NCBI GenBank assembly: GCA_963705255.1
Contig: OY970061.1
Coordinates: 480,001 to 544,000, forward strand
DNA from: an uncultured Methanoregulaceae archaeon
GTDB lineage: Archaea > Halobacteriota > Methanomicrobia > Methanomicrobiales > Methanospirillaceae
Direction: 5' to 3'
Length of the DNA stretch: 64,000 nt
A program made the translations under genes and the position numbers. Positions 1-10,677 of this stretch are shown piece by piece (position 1 is the stretch's first letter; each line of letters starts with the position of its first letter). The notes beneath the pieces were generated by a model that saw only the letters and a program-made list of their open reading frames with translations, was not told the origin of the DNA and searched no databases.

Positions 1-1034
1 AGGATGGTCCGTCTGATTGCCGTATCCAGGTCAAGGGTAATTTTTAATCCAAGTTTCTTTTCAGCTAACCCGATATCCGGTACGAATTTTGAACTTCTTA
101 ATAATGTATCGCGGGATAATCCGGTAACAATCTGTGGGGATTTTGGAAATTGCCCGGAAATTTTCTGAGCAAGTTCCTGCAGGGTTACTGCTTCCGGACT
201 CCCCACATTGTAATTCGCCCCGACAGAGCCCCGAACGAGTATGTTCAGCAGCCACCAGGCCATATCGCTGGGATACATATAACTGCGGACCGTCTGTCCG
301 TCCCCGAGGATACGTATCGGCCCGCCAAGCAGACCATCCCGGATAAAATTATTGATCGCCCATGGTCGATCCAGGTACTGGTATGGCCCGATGAAAGCGA
401 AAGGTCGTGCATTGACGAGGGGCAGTCTTTGCTGGTTCCGGTACACTGAACATATCGTCTCTGCCATCCTTTTGGACTCCGGATATGAAGCATTGAAAGC
501 GCTGCAGTCGAGGCTCCCGATAAAGGTCTCGGGAATTCCCGGTATCTCCCAGGGCTGGGCTCCATATACCTGGCCGGAGCTGATGTTCAAAATCTTTTTC
601 ACATCCGGGAGTCTGGCCGCATATTCAAGCACAGCACGTGTCCCGTTCACAATGACATCGATAGTCCTGAGCGGATCAGACGCATGGGTACGGCTGTCAG
701 GATTGGCAGCGGCATGGATGATCCACGATATATTGCTGGGAATGTCCGTGAGATTCCGGATGTCCCGTTCGATCAAATCCACATCCCGGCGTGATGCGAT
801 GTGGGGAACTCTGTCTTTAAAACTATGTGCTCTGCTCGATAACAGGGTAATATGGGTATTAAAATCAAAATTATCATTCAGATACATGATTATTTCCGAT
901 AGCCAAGTCCCCATGAAACCCGTCCCGCCGGTTATCAGAATACGCTCATTTCTCAGGGGCTCCAGAAGGGATGCCTGGCCTGCAGTGACCCGTTTACAAT
1001 CTTCCTGGACAATCTCTTTCGGTGTCAGGCTCAT
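1..1034 (-). CDS. NAD-dependent epimerase/dehydratase/reductase (extended SDR), 3' end runs off the window
   Basis: Translated by hand (not in the ORF track): MSLTPKEIVQEDC...ILITGGTGFMG...HAAA...YPESKR...RPFAFIGP. The ATG overlaps the aldolase stop (ATGA). Confidence 0.9.
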   Translation of the reverse strand, partial: MSLTPKEIVQEDCKRVTAGQASLLEPLRNERILITGGTGFMGTWLSEIIMYLNDNFDFNTHITLLSSRAHSFKDRVPHIASRRDVDLIERDIRNLTDIPSNISWIIHAAANPDSRTHASDPLRTIDVIVNGTRAVLEYAARLPDVKKILNISSGQVYGAQPWEIPGIPETFIGSLDCSAFNASYPESKRMAETICSVYRNQQRLPLVNARPFAFIGPYQYLDRPWAINNFIRDGLLGGPIRILGDGQTVRSYMYPSDMAWWLLNILVRGSVGANYNVGSPEAVTLQELAQKISGQFPKSPQIVTGLSRDTLLRSSKFVPDIGLAEKKLGLKITLDLDTAIRRTI

Positions 1035-2050
1035 GGTTTCTTCCCACCCCTTTTCGCAGAGAGCTCCGAAGCAACTTCAATGATCATGTCCTCCTGGCCT
1101 GCCACTACCTGGCGGCGACCGAGTTCAAAAAAAACATCCCGTGGATCGACATTATATTCCTTTGAAATTCTCTCTACCGGTTTGGAAAATGCAGAAAATA
1201 CCCCGGAAAGCCCACTGATAATACTTAAAGAACGAATTCTTGGGATCTCTTTCATCAGATCCGTTTCAGCAATCTCCGATGCATCGAGGATTTTATAAAG
1301 ATCAATTCCCGTGGAATATCCAAGTTTTTCCAAAACCGCGACCACTGCTTCTATCTGGGCATTCCCGGCACCGGCACCAAACCCCCGTGCAGAACCATCG
1401 ATGATCGTCGCTCCGGCCTGGGCAGCAGCGATTGAATTTGCGATTGCCAGTCCCAGATTATTATGGGCGTGAAAGCCGACAGGTATATTTAGACTGCTTA
1501 CAAGCAGCGAGATGCGTTCGCTGACCTCATCGGGCACATAAGCACCCGCCGAGTCAAATAGTATGACCCCTTCTGCGCCATACGATTCCATCTTTTGTGC
1601 TTCTTCAACCAGCGTCTCTTTTGATGCCATGTGGCTCATCATGAGAACCCCGTAGACCTCTTTTCCCCGGTCCCGTACGAAGTTGATATGACGCTGGGTG
1701 AGATCAGCTTCTGTGCAATGGGCAGCGACTCTGACTACATCCACTCCCAAGTCAAGAGCCCTTTTCAGATCTTTGTTGATAGTTGCAAATCCCGGGATAA
1801 CATGGATGGCAAGTTTGGACCGGGTCAGATTTTTCTTTGCTTCCCGCAGCATCGCTTCATCGTCGATTGCGCTTTCACCAACCTGCAACGAAGATGCACC
1901 AATACCATTTCCGTGACCTACCTCGACGGCAGGTATTCCCGCTGCATTTGCTGCGGATGCATATACGGCGATCTGGTGAGCGGTCATTTTATGGCTTATA
2001 GCGTGATTGCCATCTCTCAATGTTACATCGTGAATTAAAATTTTAGACAT
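1031..2050 (-). CDS. dmpG: 4-hydroxy-2-oxovalerate aldolase (DmpG/MhpE-like)
   Basis: DVTLRDGNH, EVGHGNG, GFHAHNNLG and GAGAGN motifs; C-terminal VAGQED communication domain. Confidence 0.92.
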   Translation of the reverse strand: MSKILIHDVTLRDGNHAISHKMTAHQIAVYASAANAAGIPAVEVGHGNGIGASSLQVGESAIDDEAMLREAKKNLTRSKLAIHVIPGFATINKDLKRALDLGVDVVRVAAHCTEADLTQRHINFVRDRGKEVYGVLMMSHMASKETLVEEAQKMESYGAEGVILFDSAGAYVPDEVSERISLLVSSLNIPVGFHAHNNLGLAIANSIAAAQAGATIIDGSARGFGAGAGNAQIEAVVAVLEKLGYSTGIDLYKILDASEIAETDLMKEIPRIRSLSIISGLSGVFSAFSKPVERISKEYNVDPRDVFFELGRRQVVAGQEDMIIEVASELSAKRGGKKP

Positions 2051-2067
2051 GAAAATTCCTCCGGATA

Positions 2068-2949
2068 TTAACTCCCCGGAACCGTTAACGTTTTTCTGGC
2101 ATATCGTTCGGCCATCGCAATTGCTGCACAGTTGATGATATCCATATTTCCTGCATATTTTGGCAGATAATCTCCTAATCCCTGCACTTTTACCATGATT
2201 ACAATGCGGTTGGACTCAATTAAGGGAGAAACGAGTAACGTATACCCCGGTACATATTCCTGGATCCTGGAAACCATGGTATCGACTTCTGCCTTGAGAC
2301 GTTTCATGTCCGGCTTTTCAACTTTGGCAAAAATCGTGGTCTGCATATCAACACATGGCTGAGCAGGGTTTAATATAAGGATTGCCTTTGTGTCGTTACA
2401 ACCGGAAAATTTTTTTATTCCCTTTTCTGTAGTCTCAACATATTCATCCAGATTCATCCTTGTTGCCGGCCCGGCGCTCCGCGAAGCGATGCTTGAGACC
2501 ACCTCAATATATCTGACATTCTCCTGGGTTTTTCCTATCACGTGGGCAAGGGGGATGGATGCCTGGCCCCCGCAGGTAACCATATTTACATTGTCAAACC
2601 GGAGGCAATTTTCAATATTGATCGCGGGAATACACATCTCCCCAATACCGGATGGCGTCATATCGATGACCGTTTTATTCATCTTTTTCAGAACAGCCCA
2701 GTGTTTCTTATGATCGAGAGCGGAAGTTGCATCGAAGACCAGATCACACGAATCAGGATTTCGTTCTATCGCCTCGATACTGAGATCCGAAGTTTTGACT
2801 CCCATACTGTTGGCCTTATTCATTCCGGGGGAGTTTAAATGGCGCCCGATAAATAATGTACATTCAATAACCTGGGAGCGCATGGTTTTGACCAGTAAAT
2901 CGGTCCCGATATTGCCGCTGCCAAGAATTGCAACTTTCAGTTTTTTCAT
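2068..2949 (-). CDS. dmpF: Acylating acetaldehyde dehydrogenase (DmpF/MhpF-like)
   Basis: GSGNIGTDL, NVNMVTCGGQA (catalytic Cys), SAGPATR and GDYLPKYAGN motifs. Confidence 0.93.
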   Translation of the reverse strand: MKKLKVAILGSGNIGTDLLVKTMRSQVIECTLFIGRHLNSPGMNKANSMGVKTSDLSIEAIERNPDSCDLVFDATSALDHKKHWAVLKKMNKTVIDMTPSGIGEMCIPAINIENCLRFDNVNMVTCGGQASIPLAHVIGKTQENVRYIEVVSSIASRSAGPATRMNLDEYVETTEKGIKKFSGCNDTKAILILNPAQPCVDMQTTIFAKVEKPDMKRLKAEVDTMVSRIQEYVPGYTLLVSPLIESNRIVIMVKVQGLGDYLPKYAGNMDIINCAAIAMAERYARKTLTVPGS

Positions 2950-2995
2950 CTTTCCACCAAAAAGGGTCGTTCCGTTCTCCTCGCGCCGGCGAAAA

Positions 2996-4786
2996 TCAAA
3001 GTATTTTATCTCTCACGGAATTTTCCAGATATTCTTCTCTCGGTAAAAAAGGAAACATATCATCGTAAGGCATTGAGATCATACTTCCGTCTTCAAGGAT
3101 CTTCGAGGTCACTCTCGGGATCAACACCTGATCTGCCGGACTGATAACCTCACACATCATCGGCCCGGATTCGGCGAATATCCGTTTTATCTGCAGGTTC
3201 AGATCCCCGGACTGCGACAGTTTCAGGTATTTCATTCCATATGCCATTGCGATTTTCTCCAGATCCGGGAAGCTGACACCGCTCTTTTTATCTGTACCGA
3301 TATAACGCCCTCCCTGGAAATTGTCCTGGGTCAACCGGATGAGAAGATATCCATTATTATTCAAAACGATTAATTTTATTGGAAGTGAATTATACACAAT
3401 TGTCTGAAGTTCCTGAATATTCATCTGGAGAGATCCATCACCGGTTATGCAGTACACGTTTTTTCCCGGATTTGCAGCGGCCACCCCAATCGCTGCCGGC
3501 ATGTAGCCCATCGTTGAGAGCCCTCCGGTGATAATGTGGCGCTGACCGTATTTTACCTGGAATGCCTGCGCATATGCATGGAAACAGGACCCGGTATCGA
3601 CCAGAAACAGGGCGTCTTCAGGAGCGTTCCGGGAGAGCATCGTGTAGAAATGATAGGAATTTATCCCGCCGGTTTTATTGCCATACTCGGGTAAGTCCAC
3701 GGGGTATTTATTTTTCCAGTTCTGTGTCTGGGAGATCCAGGGTACATTATCGAATTGAAAATCTGACAGTTCCCTGTTCAGTTCAATGAAAAATGCCTTT
3801 GCGTCTGCCTGAATTGCGATGTCAGGAATAATTGAGGGTTTTGAAAGTTCTTTCTCATCGATGTCCACGATTATTTTTTTTGCGTATTGTGCAAAGTTCT
3901 CGTACTGATAACTGACAAGACCAATTGCCAGTCTGCAACCGACACTTAAAAAAAGGTCTGAATTCTGGATGGTGAAATTACTGGCCCGGTCTCCATAGGT
4001 TCCGGGTCTCCCCACAAACAGGGGATGGTTGTGATCTATCAGGTCCATTCCCAGACGGGATGTCATAACAGGAATTTTTACAGTATCTGCGAACTGGTGA
4101 AATTCCTCTATTGCACCTGCGAGCCGGACTCCCGCACCTGCAAGAAGGCATGGCCTGCGACTGTTTCTGATACTGTCAGCAACCAACCGGATCTGTTTCC
4201 GGAGATCTGATTTTCGAGGGTCCTGAGGTGCCGGGGGAATATATCCTTCAAAGTCGTCGGGGTCGAATGAAGCCCCCTGGATATCAATGGGGCATTCAAT
4301 CCAGACCGGCCCGACACGGGGGGATTTTGCAAGATAAATGCATTTTTCGATCTCATATTTTACCCGGGATACATCGTCCAGCATTACGGCATATTTAGTG
4401 ACATTTTGAAAAATCGGCAAGGTATTGAAACCCTGAAGGGCAAATTGGCGGGGCCCCTGAATTTTTGCCTGGGATACTTTCGACTGACCGGAGACGATAA
4501 TGCAGGGGGAACTATCAACATATGCCCCGACAACACCCGTGAGAGTATTGAGTGCCCCGGGGCCGGCAGTCACGTATGCAACCCCGAGTTTTCCCGTTGC
4601 CCTCCCATATGCTTCTGCAGCCATTACCGCTGCCTGTTCATGATGGCAGCATATGAATTTCTGATTTTTGTGCTGCAGCAGTGCATCGGTGAGATGCATT
4701 ATCATTCCCCCGGCAATTAAAAAAACACATTCTCCGCCGGCATCGTATAATTTTGAAGTGATGTAATCAGCGACGCGAATTTTCAT
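2996..4786 (-). CDS. ThDP-dependent enzyme (acetolactate synthase/YerE-like)
   Basis: HHEQAA motif and GDGS...NN ThDP-binding motif; start MKIRVADY. Confidence 0.9.
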   Translation of the reverse strand: MKIRVADYITSKLYDAGGECVFLIAGGMIMHLTDALLQHKNQKFICCHHEQAAVMAAEAYGRATGKLGVAYVTAGPGALNTLTGVVGAYVDSSPCIIVSGQSKVSQAKIQGPRQFALQGFNTLPIFQNVTKYAVMLDDVSRVKYEIEKCIYLAKSPRVGPVWIECPIDIQGASFDPDDFEGYIPPAPQDPRKSDLRKQIRLVADSIRNSRRPCLLAGAGVRLAGAIEEFHQFADTVKIPVMTSRLGMDLIDHNHPLFVGRPGTYGDRASNFTIQNSDLFLSVGCRLAIGLVSYQYENFAQYAKKIIVDIDEKELSKPSIIPDIAIQADAKAFFIELNRELSDFQFDNVPWISQTQNWKNKYPVDLPEYGNKTGGINSYHFYTMLSRNAPEDALFLVDTGSCFHAYAQAFQVKYGQRHIITGGLSTMGYMPAAIGVAAANPGKNVYCITGDGSLQMNIQELQTIVYNSLPIKLIVLNNNGYLLIRLTQDNFQGGRYIGTDKKSGVSFPDLEKIAMAYGMKYLKLSQSGDLNLQIKRIFAESGPMMCEVISPADQVLIPRVTSKILEDGSMISMPYDDMFPFLPREEYLENSVRDKIL

Positions 4787-4972
4787 TGGCCACACCTGAT
4801 ACTTTATACAAAATTGGGTAATCATCAGGTATAAACATATACTCCCTCCTATCCCGCTCACAGATTCGTAAACTTTTGAGGATCACACCACCATTTCCTG
4901 GAATAGAGTAATCATATACGTAGAGATCTCACGGCATTTTTGCGATTTTCCAGAAAATGCGGGTGGTTGGAT

Positions 4973-5911
4973 TCAATCTCCAAACCCGATTTCCTCACGA
5001 ACGATATACAAAGGCCGTTTTTTTGATTCATCATATATCCTGGATATATACTCCCCCATTACACCCAATATCAGGAATAACATGCCGAATAAGAATGAGA
5101 TCACAAAGATGATCGTTGCAATCCCGGGTACTTCACGGCCATAGATCAGATACAACGCTATTTCGATAAAAAGAAGGAGAAAAGATAACGCGGATATGAC
5201 AAATCCCAGGACCGTTGCTATTTTCAGCGGGATATCAGAAAAAGAAAAAATCCCGTTTAATGCCAGTTTAAATATTGTGATAAAATCCGCTTTCGATTCA
5301 CCGGCAAATCTGGGCGGACGTTCAAACGGGATACCCGTCTGTTTAAAACCCGTCCATGCTATTATCCCCCGTAACAAACGGTTTGTTTCTCCGATCCGGT
5401 TTACCGCTCGTAAGACTTTTTTATCGATGAGTCTGAAATCACTCGCATTCTCGGGCATCGTATTATTCGTCAGTCTGCTAAAAATTTTATAGAATAGTTG
5501 CGAAGAGATACGCCTCCCGACAGATATCCCGACCCGCTCCTGTACGATCGCGTATACGATCTCAAAACCCTCTTCCCATTTTTTGATAAGTTCGGGAATT
5601 AATTCCGGAATATCCTGCAGATCTGCGCACATTATCACCGCCGCATCCCCCCGGGCATACTGCAAACCGGCAGTTACACCCCCATCACACCCGAAATTAC
5701 GGGAGAGCTGGATAATTTTGAATCTGGGATCTTCCGCATGGATATGAACTAATTTTTCAAAGGAGGAATCCCAGGACCCGTTTTCTACGATTATGACTTC
5801 AAAATCATAATTGCTGCAATTATTCATGACGTTCTGGAGCCGGCGTTTGAGCTCATCCAGCACTTCTTCTTCATTGTACGCCGGAATAACGATACTGATT
5901 AATTTTTTCAT
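4973..5911 (-). CDS. GT2 polyprenol-phosphate glycosyltransferase (GtrB/ArnC-like)
   Basis: VIPAYNEE, SRNFG, ADLQD and DFRL motifs; two C-terminal TM helices; RPLYIV. Confidence 0.9.
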   Translation of the reverse strand: MKKLISIVIPAYNEEEVLDELKRRLQNVMNNCSNYDFEVIIVENGSWDSSFEKLVHIHAEDPRFKIIQLSRNFGCDGGVTAGLQYARGDAAVIMCADLQDIPELIPELIKKWEEGFEIVYAIVQERVGISVGRRISSQLFYKIFSRLTNNTMPENASDFRLIDKKVLRAVNRIGETNRLLRGIIAWTGFKQTGIPFERPPRFAGESKADFITIFKLALNGIFSFSDIPLKIATVLGFVISALSFLLLFIEIALYLIYGREVPGIATIIFVISFLFGMLFLILGVMGEYISRIYDESKKRPLYIVREEIGFGD

Positions 5912-5915
5912 AGAA

Positions 5916-6902
5916 TTATCGCACCTGCATCCTGAAAAAATCCCGGTACCACTCGATCGTTTCTTTCAGCCCTTCTTCATATGCATATCCGGGTGACCAG
6001 TTCAACATTTTTCTGGCTTTCTGTGCAGAAAGGTACTGATCTTTTATTTCATTCGTCGCCTGGTTCAATACCACCGGTTTCAGGGGACTCTTCATGATCC
6101 TCAGGATATCATTGACAATTTCGATGACCGACTTGGGCGATTCGGTACTGAAGTTAAATGCCTCTCCCAGCAACCGTTTATCATCCATCTTTTCTGCCAG
6201 ATGAAGATAGGATTCTACCCCGTCCCTGATGTAGAAGTAATCCCGCAAAAACGTACCATCACTGCGGATCACCGGATTTTCATTATAAAATACCGAACGG
6301 ATGGTTCCCGGGACAATCCTGTTGTAATTGAGATCCCCGCCACCGTAAAAATTGCCGCATCGCGTCACACAGACCGGAAGGTTATAGGTCTCAAAGTAGC
6401 ACCGGCACAAGAGATCGGCACAACTTTTCGAAACATCGTAGGGATGACGTCCTTCAAGAGGGGTACTCTCGTCATAGGGTAAATTTTTCTGATCCCCGTA
6501 GGCTTTATCACTGGATGCAACGACAATTCTCCGGACTGTCGGAACATTACGGCAAGCTTCAAGAATATTCCAGGTTCCCTCGATATTGGATTTGAATGTG
6601 GAGACGGGCCCGCGGTTTGCCGTAGTCACGATGGTCTGGGCGCCCAGGTGGAAAACCGTCTCGATCTCATATTCATTGAGCGCACGTTCAATAAGGGCAT
6701 AATCCTCGATCTCGCCCCGGACCGTCGTGATCCTGTTTATCGTCCCGGAAAGGTACAGGTGCGACTGAGGCGTCGTATCCCTGATGAGACCTGTGACCTG
6801 TGCCCTCCTCTCAGCAAGTGCCTGGGACATCCAGGAACCAAGCAGGCCGGTACAGCCGGTAACAAAAACCGGCCGGTTTCTCCAGAAATGTTCATTTTTC
6901 AT
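5916..6902 (-). CDS. NDP-sugar 4,6-dehydratase (CDP-glucose 4,6-dehydratase-like)
   Basis: FW...[18 protein letters not shown] and PYDVSK motifs; close to rfbF. Confidence 0.8.
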   Translation of the reverse strand: MKNEHFWRNRPVFVTGCTGLLGSWMSQALAERRAQVTGLIRDTTPQSHLYLSGTINRITTVRGEIEDYALIERALNEYEIETVFHLGAQTIVTTANRGPVSTFKSNIEGTWNILEACRNVPTVRRIVVASSDKAYGDQKNLPYDESTPLEGRHPYDVSKSCADLLCRCYFETYNLPVCVTRCGNFYGGGDLNYNRIVPGTIRSVFYNENPVIRSDGTFLRDYFYIRDGVESYLHLAEKMDDKRLLGEAFNFSTESPKSVIEIVNDILRIMKSPLKPVVLNQATNEIKDQYLSAQKARKMLNWSPGYAYEEGLKETIEWYRDFFRMQVR

Positions 6903-6926
6903 ACCTAGTCCCCTTCGGCAATAAGA

Positions 6927-7352
6927 TCAGCACTTTTTTTCGGTAATCTGTCTGAAACTGAAATATTTTTGTCCAGCATAACTAATTAAGGTAATTAATG
7001 GCAGAATTGCAAGTTGCGCGATCTTGGGATTGAAGGTGAAAATGGAGACGCTGATATATAATGTCACCATGTTGGCAAGCAGGACAAAAAGGTATACAAA
7101 ATTAAATTTTGCAAATTCAAGAATCTTGAACTGTTTTGATTTGAACACCCAGAATTTGTTCCAGAGAAAACTATGGGTTACCCCGATGATATGCGACAGG
7201 ATAAGCGCAAGGAGATAATAGAAATAATCCGAAAGGATGAAAAATGCGCCGTAACCGACAATAGTATTCAGGATCCCGACGCAGGCAAATTTTGGGAACT
7301 GATCGAGCAGGGAATGCTTTCTTAAATACTCCCGGATCTGTTCGGATTTCAC
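6927..7352 (-). CDS. GtrA family membrane protein (polyprenol-P-sugar translocase)
   Basis: KFACVGILNT...SFLWNKFWVF pattern; four TM segments. Confidence 0.88.
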   Translation of the reverse strand: MKSEQIREYLRKHSLLDQFPKFACVGILNTIVGYGAFFILSDYFYYLLALILSHIIGVTHSFLWNKFWVFKSKQFKILEFAKFNFVYLFVLLANMVTLYISVSIFTFNPKIAQLAILPLITLISYAGQKYFSFRQITEKKC

Positions 7353-7394
7353 TACCTGGTACTCCGTTTAGGTATAGTGCGTGGAGAATGGAGA

Positions 7395-8177
7395 TTAATC
7401 ATCCCATACTCTCCATGGGGCATCCGGGGTTTGCCACAGGGAGTTGAGAAGTTCCAGTTCCCGGTAGGTGTCGCAGCACTGCCAGAACCCTTCATGGGGG
7501 AACATCATGAGTTCATTATCTGCCGCCAATTGTTCTATGGGTTCCTTCTCGAGTATACAGGTGTCATGGTCATCCAGGTAGGAAAAGAAATCCTTCCTGA
7601 AAACGAAGAAACCCCCGCTGACAAAACCACCCATCGTTTGTGGCTTCTCACTGAATTGTTTTACACAGTGGGAATCAGTACACAGTTCGCCAAACCGGGA
7701 CACCGGGTGTATTCCGGTGACAGTCCCGATCTTTCCATGGGACCGGTGAAATGCAAAAAGTTTGCTGATATCGATATTCGCCACAGCATCGCCGTACGTC
7801 AGCATGAATGTATCGTCATCGATATATTTTTCAATCTTTTTAACCCGTGCGCCGGTCTGTGATCTTTCACCGGTTTCAGCAAGGGTGACATTCCAGTCGC
7901 GCTCTGTGTGGTCGTTATGGAGCGTAATATTACAGCGGTCCCCCAGGTTTACCGTAAAATCGCTGTTCATGACCTCATAATTCAAAAAATAGTCCTTGAT
8001 CATGGCGCCTTTATACCCCAGGCAGATGATAAAATCTTTAAATCCGTAATAACTGTAAATTTTCATTATATGCCATAATATCGGTCTATTGCCAATCTGG
8101 ACCATCGGTTTTGGCCGGTATTCCGTCTCTTCACGGAGCCGTGTCCCCAGACCCCCCGCCAAGATTACTACTTTCAT
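7395..8177 (-). CDS. rfbF: Glucose-1-phosphate cytidylyltransferase
   Basis: MKVVILAGGLGTRLREETEYRPKPMV, ILWHIMK, TYGD and GFWQCCDT motifs. Confidence 0.93.
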   Translation of the reverse strand: MKVVILAGGLGTRLREETEYRPKPMVQIGNRPILWHIMKIYSYYGFKDFIICLGYKGAMIKDYFLNYEVMNSDFTVNLGDRCNITLHNDHTERDWNVTLAETGERSQTGARVKKIEKYIDDDTFMLTYGDAVANIDISKLFAFHRSHGKIGTVTGIHPVSRFGELCTDSHCVKQFSEKPQTMGGFVSGGFFVFRKDFFSYLDDHDTCILEKEPIEQLAADNELMMFPHEGFWQCCDTYRELELLNSLWQTPDAPWRVWDD

Positions 8178-8986
8178 GAGAAATCCGTGTATAATTAAGA
8201 ATTTGAGATATTTAAATCGAATCTGTTTTAATTGTCGTGATGTTAGTCTGGATAAACCGGCGTGGAGTGTCAAGCTTGAAAAAAGTCGGTCAGATTTTTT
8301 CGATTTTTTTTGAATATGTCCTGACCGCTCCTCAAGACAGGATAACCGGAGGCCTTTACGGGCTTAGTCAGGATACGGTCCCGGGCAGTTCGAAAAATAG
8401 AGTGGGGAGGGACTTACGATCCCCACGCCAAATCCGGCCCCGAACCAGCCCCCGATTCCCCGGTTCCCGATCCCGTCTTCCGGTTCCACAGGAAGCGATG
8501 TCCACGCCCATGAAAAAATAGTGTTTTACTTGCGTTTTTTCCCGGACAAATTGTTTTCCTGCGTTTTTGACCCTGCAAAATAGCGGCCCTGCAGCAGCCC
8601 CGGAAAACGGGAGGTATTTCGGATCGGTTTCCGGGACGATCGGCCACGGAAAGGGCCGTGGAGTCCGTTTTTTGAAAAATGCCGGAAAACACGTTATAAT
8701 CGGGTATTTTTACGAACATGGTGATTACATCTGTTTTCACGGGGGGGCACCGGTGGGAACATCTTCCAAGGAAGTATTCGTGAACGGTGCCCGACCGGAG
8801 GGATGCCTGTCACGATATTTCCCGAGGGCATCGTTGTTCTTTAACATAACAGGACAATTTCAGCCGATTTACTCTTTGTGGAATTGGTGCCGGGTAGTAT
8901 AAGATCGGTCAGATCTCCCCTATAATAAAAAATCACAATACAAAATTTTATCTACTTTTTTGTATTATGATAGTATACAACATGCG

Positions 8987-10243
8987 ATGACAGTCAGGGA
9001 CGCTCTTTTACAGCAGAAACGCGAACTGGATCTCCGCAGTCGGGAGCCGTATATAGAACGAACCGCAGAAATCCGCGAGGGAAACAGTCGGCTCGTCAGA
9101 ATTGTAATTGGTCCGCGCCGGGCAGGCAAATCATTTTTCATAACCCGGCACCTCATGGCTCAGGGCCCGTTCGGCTATGTAAATTTCGACGATGAAGAAC
9201 TCAATAATGCAGACAAAATCCCTGACATCCTTACCGCAGTAGCTGAACTCTATACCGGATCAAAAACGCTCCTGCTCGATGAGATACAGAATATACAGGG
9301 ATGGGAACTCTTGGCGAACCGTCTCGCACGGCAGGGTTACACGCTGTATATAACCGGGAGCAATGCCCATCTGCTCAGTAAAGAACTCGCGACACACCTT
9401 ACCGGGCGGCACACGGTAACAACCATTTTTCCCTTCTCGTTTGCTGAATTCCTCAGGACAAAACGGGGAGAATTTACTGAAAGCGAATACCGTTCACACC
9501 TTGCAGAATATTCTGTCACCGGGGGATTTCCCGAGCTCCTGACAACAATGATCGATAAAAAAGAATACCTCCTCCGGCTTTTCGATGCAGTTGTATACAA
9601 GGATATCATACGGCGCTACCGGGTCCGGTCCCCGCAGGGATTGGGGGATCTCGCCCAGTATCTCTGTTCCAACGTGGCGGGAGAATATTCTGTCCACCGA
9701 CTCTCCCGGGTGACAGGATGCAAAAGTGACCAGACCGTACGGAAATACCTTGATTACCTTGAAGAGGCGTTCCTCTTTTTTTCCGTCCCAAGATTCTCGT
9801 TCAAGGTAAAGGAACAGGTACTCTCAAACAGGAAGATCTATTGCATCGATAACGGGTTTGTCGTTGCCAAAGGATTCCGGTTTTCCCATAATCACGGAAA
9901 CCTCATGGAAAACCTTGTAGCAATTGCACTCCACGAGCTCGAACTTCCCGGCAACCTGAACCTGTACTACTGGAAGAATGCACAGCAACAAGAAGTCGAT
10001 TTTGTTCTCCATAAAAGCGGGAAAGTGGTCGTACTGATCCAAGTCTGTACCGATCTGGAGGATGAAAAGACACGACGCCGTGAAGTCAATGCGCTCCTGA
10101 CTGCAGGCCGGGATCTTGCCTGCAAAAAACGCATCATCCTCACCATGGATGAAGAGAGGACGAAGACTGAAGAATGGTTCGGTATTAAGGGAGATATCCA
10201 GTACATCCCTCTCTGGAAATGGTTGCAGCGGCCGGGAATATAA
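8987..10243 (+). CDS. AAA+ ATPase (AAA_14 + DUF4143 type)
   Basis: Walker A GPRRAGKS, Walker B LLLDEIQ, TGGFPE, KIYCIDNG, EVDF C-terminal nuclease-like motif. Confidence 0.9.
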   Translation: MTVRDALLQQKRELDLRSREPYIERTAEIREGNSRLVRIVIGPRRAGKSFFITRHLMAQGPFGYVNFDDEELNNADKIPDILTAVAELYTGSKTLLLDEIQNIQGWELLANRLARQGYTLYITGSNAHLLSKELATHLTGRHTVTTIFPFSFAEFLRTKRGEFTESEYRSHLAEYSVTGGFPELLTTMIDKKEYLLRLFDAVVYKDIIRRYRVRSPQGLGDLAQYLCSNVAGEYSVHRLSRVTGCKSDQTVRKYLDYLEEAFLFFSVPRFSFKVKEQVLSNRKIYCIDNGFVVAKGFRFSHNHGNLMENLVAIALHELELPGNLNLYYWKNAQQQEVDFVLHKSGKVVVLIQVCTDLEDEKTRRREVNALLTAGRDLACKKRIILTMDEERTKTEEWFGIKGDIQYIPLWKWLQRPGI

Positions 10244-10249
10244 TGCATG

Positions 10250-10587
10250 CAGAATGCAGCAGTAGAATCTGATCTGCATATAAAGTGGCTGCAGAAATAC
10301 TGGCAGGGTTCTCAGGAAAATTCGCAAAACGGCAGTGATACAGAGAGATGAACAACTTGCACGCCCTGGAACCGCTCTCCGGAATTTCCGGCACCGGATA
10401 CTGTGCCGGAGATAACACTGGTTACCGCGACCCATGCAACGTGGTTTTCGATAAGAGTACGGTCATCATCGGTGATTCGACCATCATGCAGAGCTTTCGT
10501 GAGCGAACGAGTGGCGTACTCAGGTTTGATGTGGTGAAACCCGACGGTTTCAGGAGGGGATGAACTAGAACTCCTTTCGCTGAACAC
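10250..10587 (-). pseudogene. N-terminal remnant of a tyrosine recombinase/integrase
   Basis: FHHIKPEYATRSLTKALHDGRITDDDRTLI continues in another frame as SRACKLFISL...ISAATLYA. This resembles N-termini of Methanomicrobiales integrases (from recall). It starts about 90 bp from the tRNA-Leu 3' end and has no catalytic domain. Confidence 0.6.
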
Positions 10588-10677
10588 ATTAAATTCAGTC
10601 TTAGGGGTTATCTTAAAACTTCTCAGGGAATTAGGATTCTGAACACTTTGAGAAAAGATTTGACCCTTAGAGCCGGA

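Noticed and set aside
1031-2949. dmpFG as evidence of aromatic meta-cleavage catabolism
   Set aside because: No dioxygenase, hydrolase or hydratase genes are nearby, the host is an inferred strict anaerobe, and the context is nucleotide-sugar biosynthesis.
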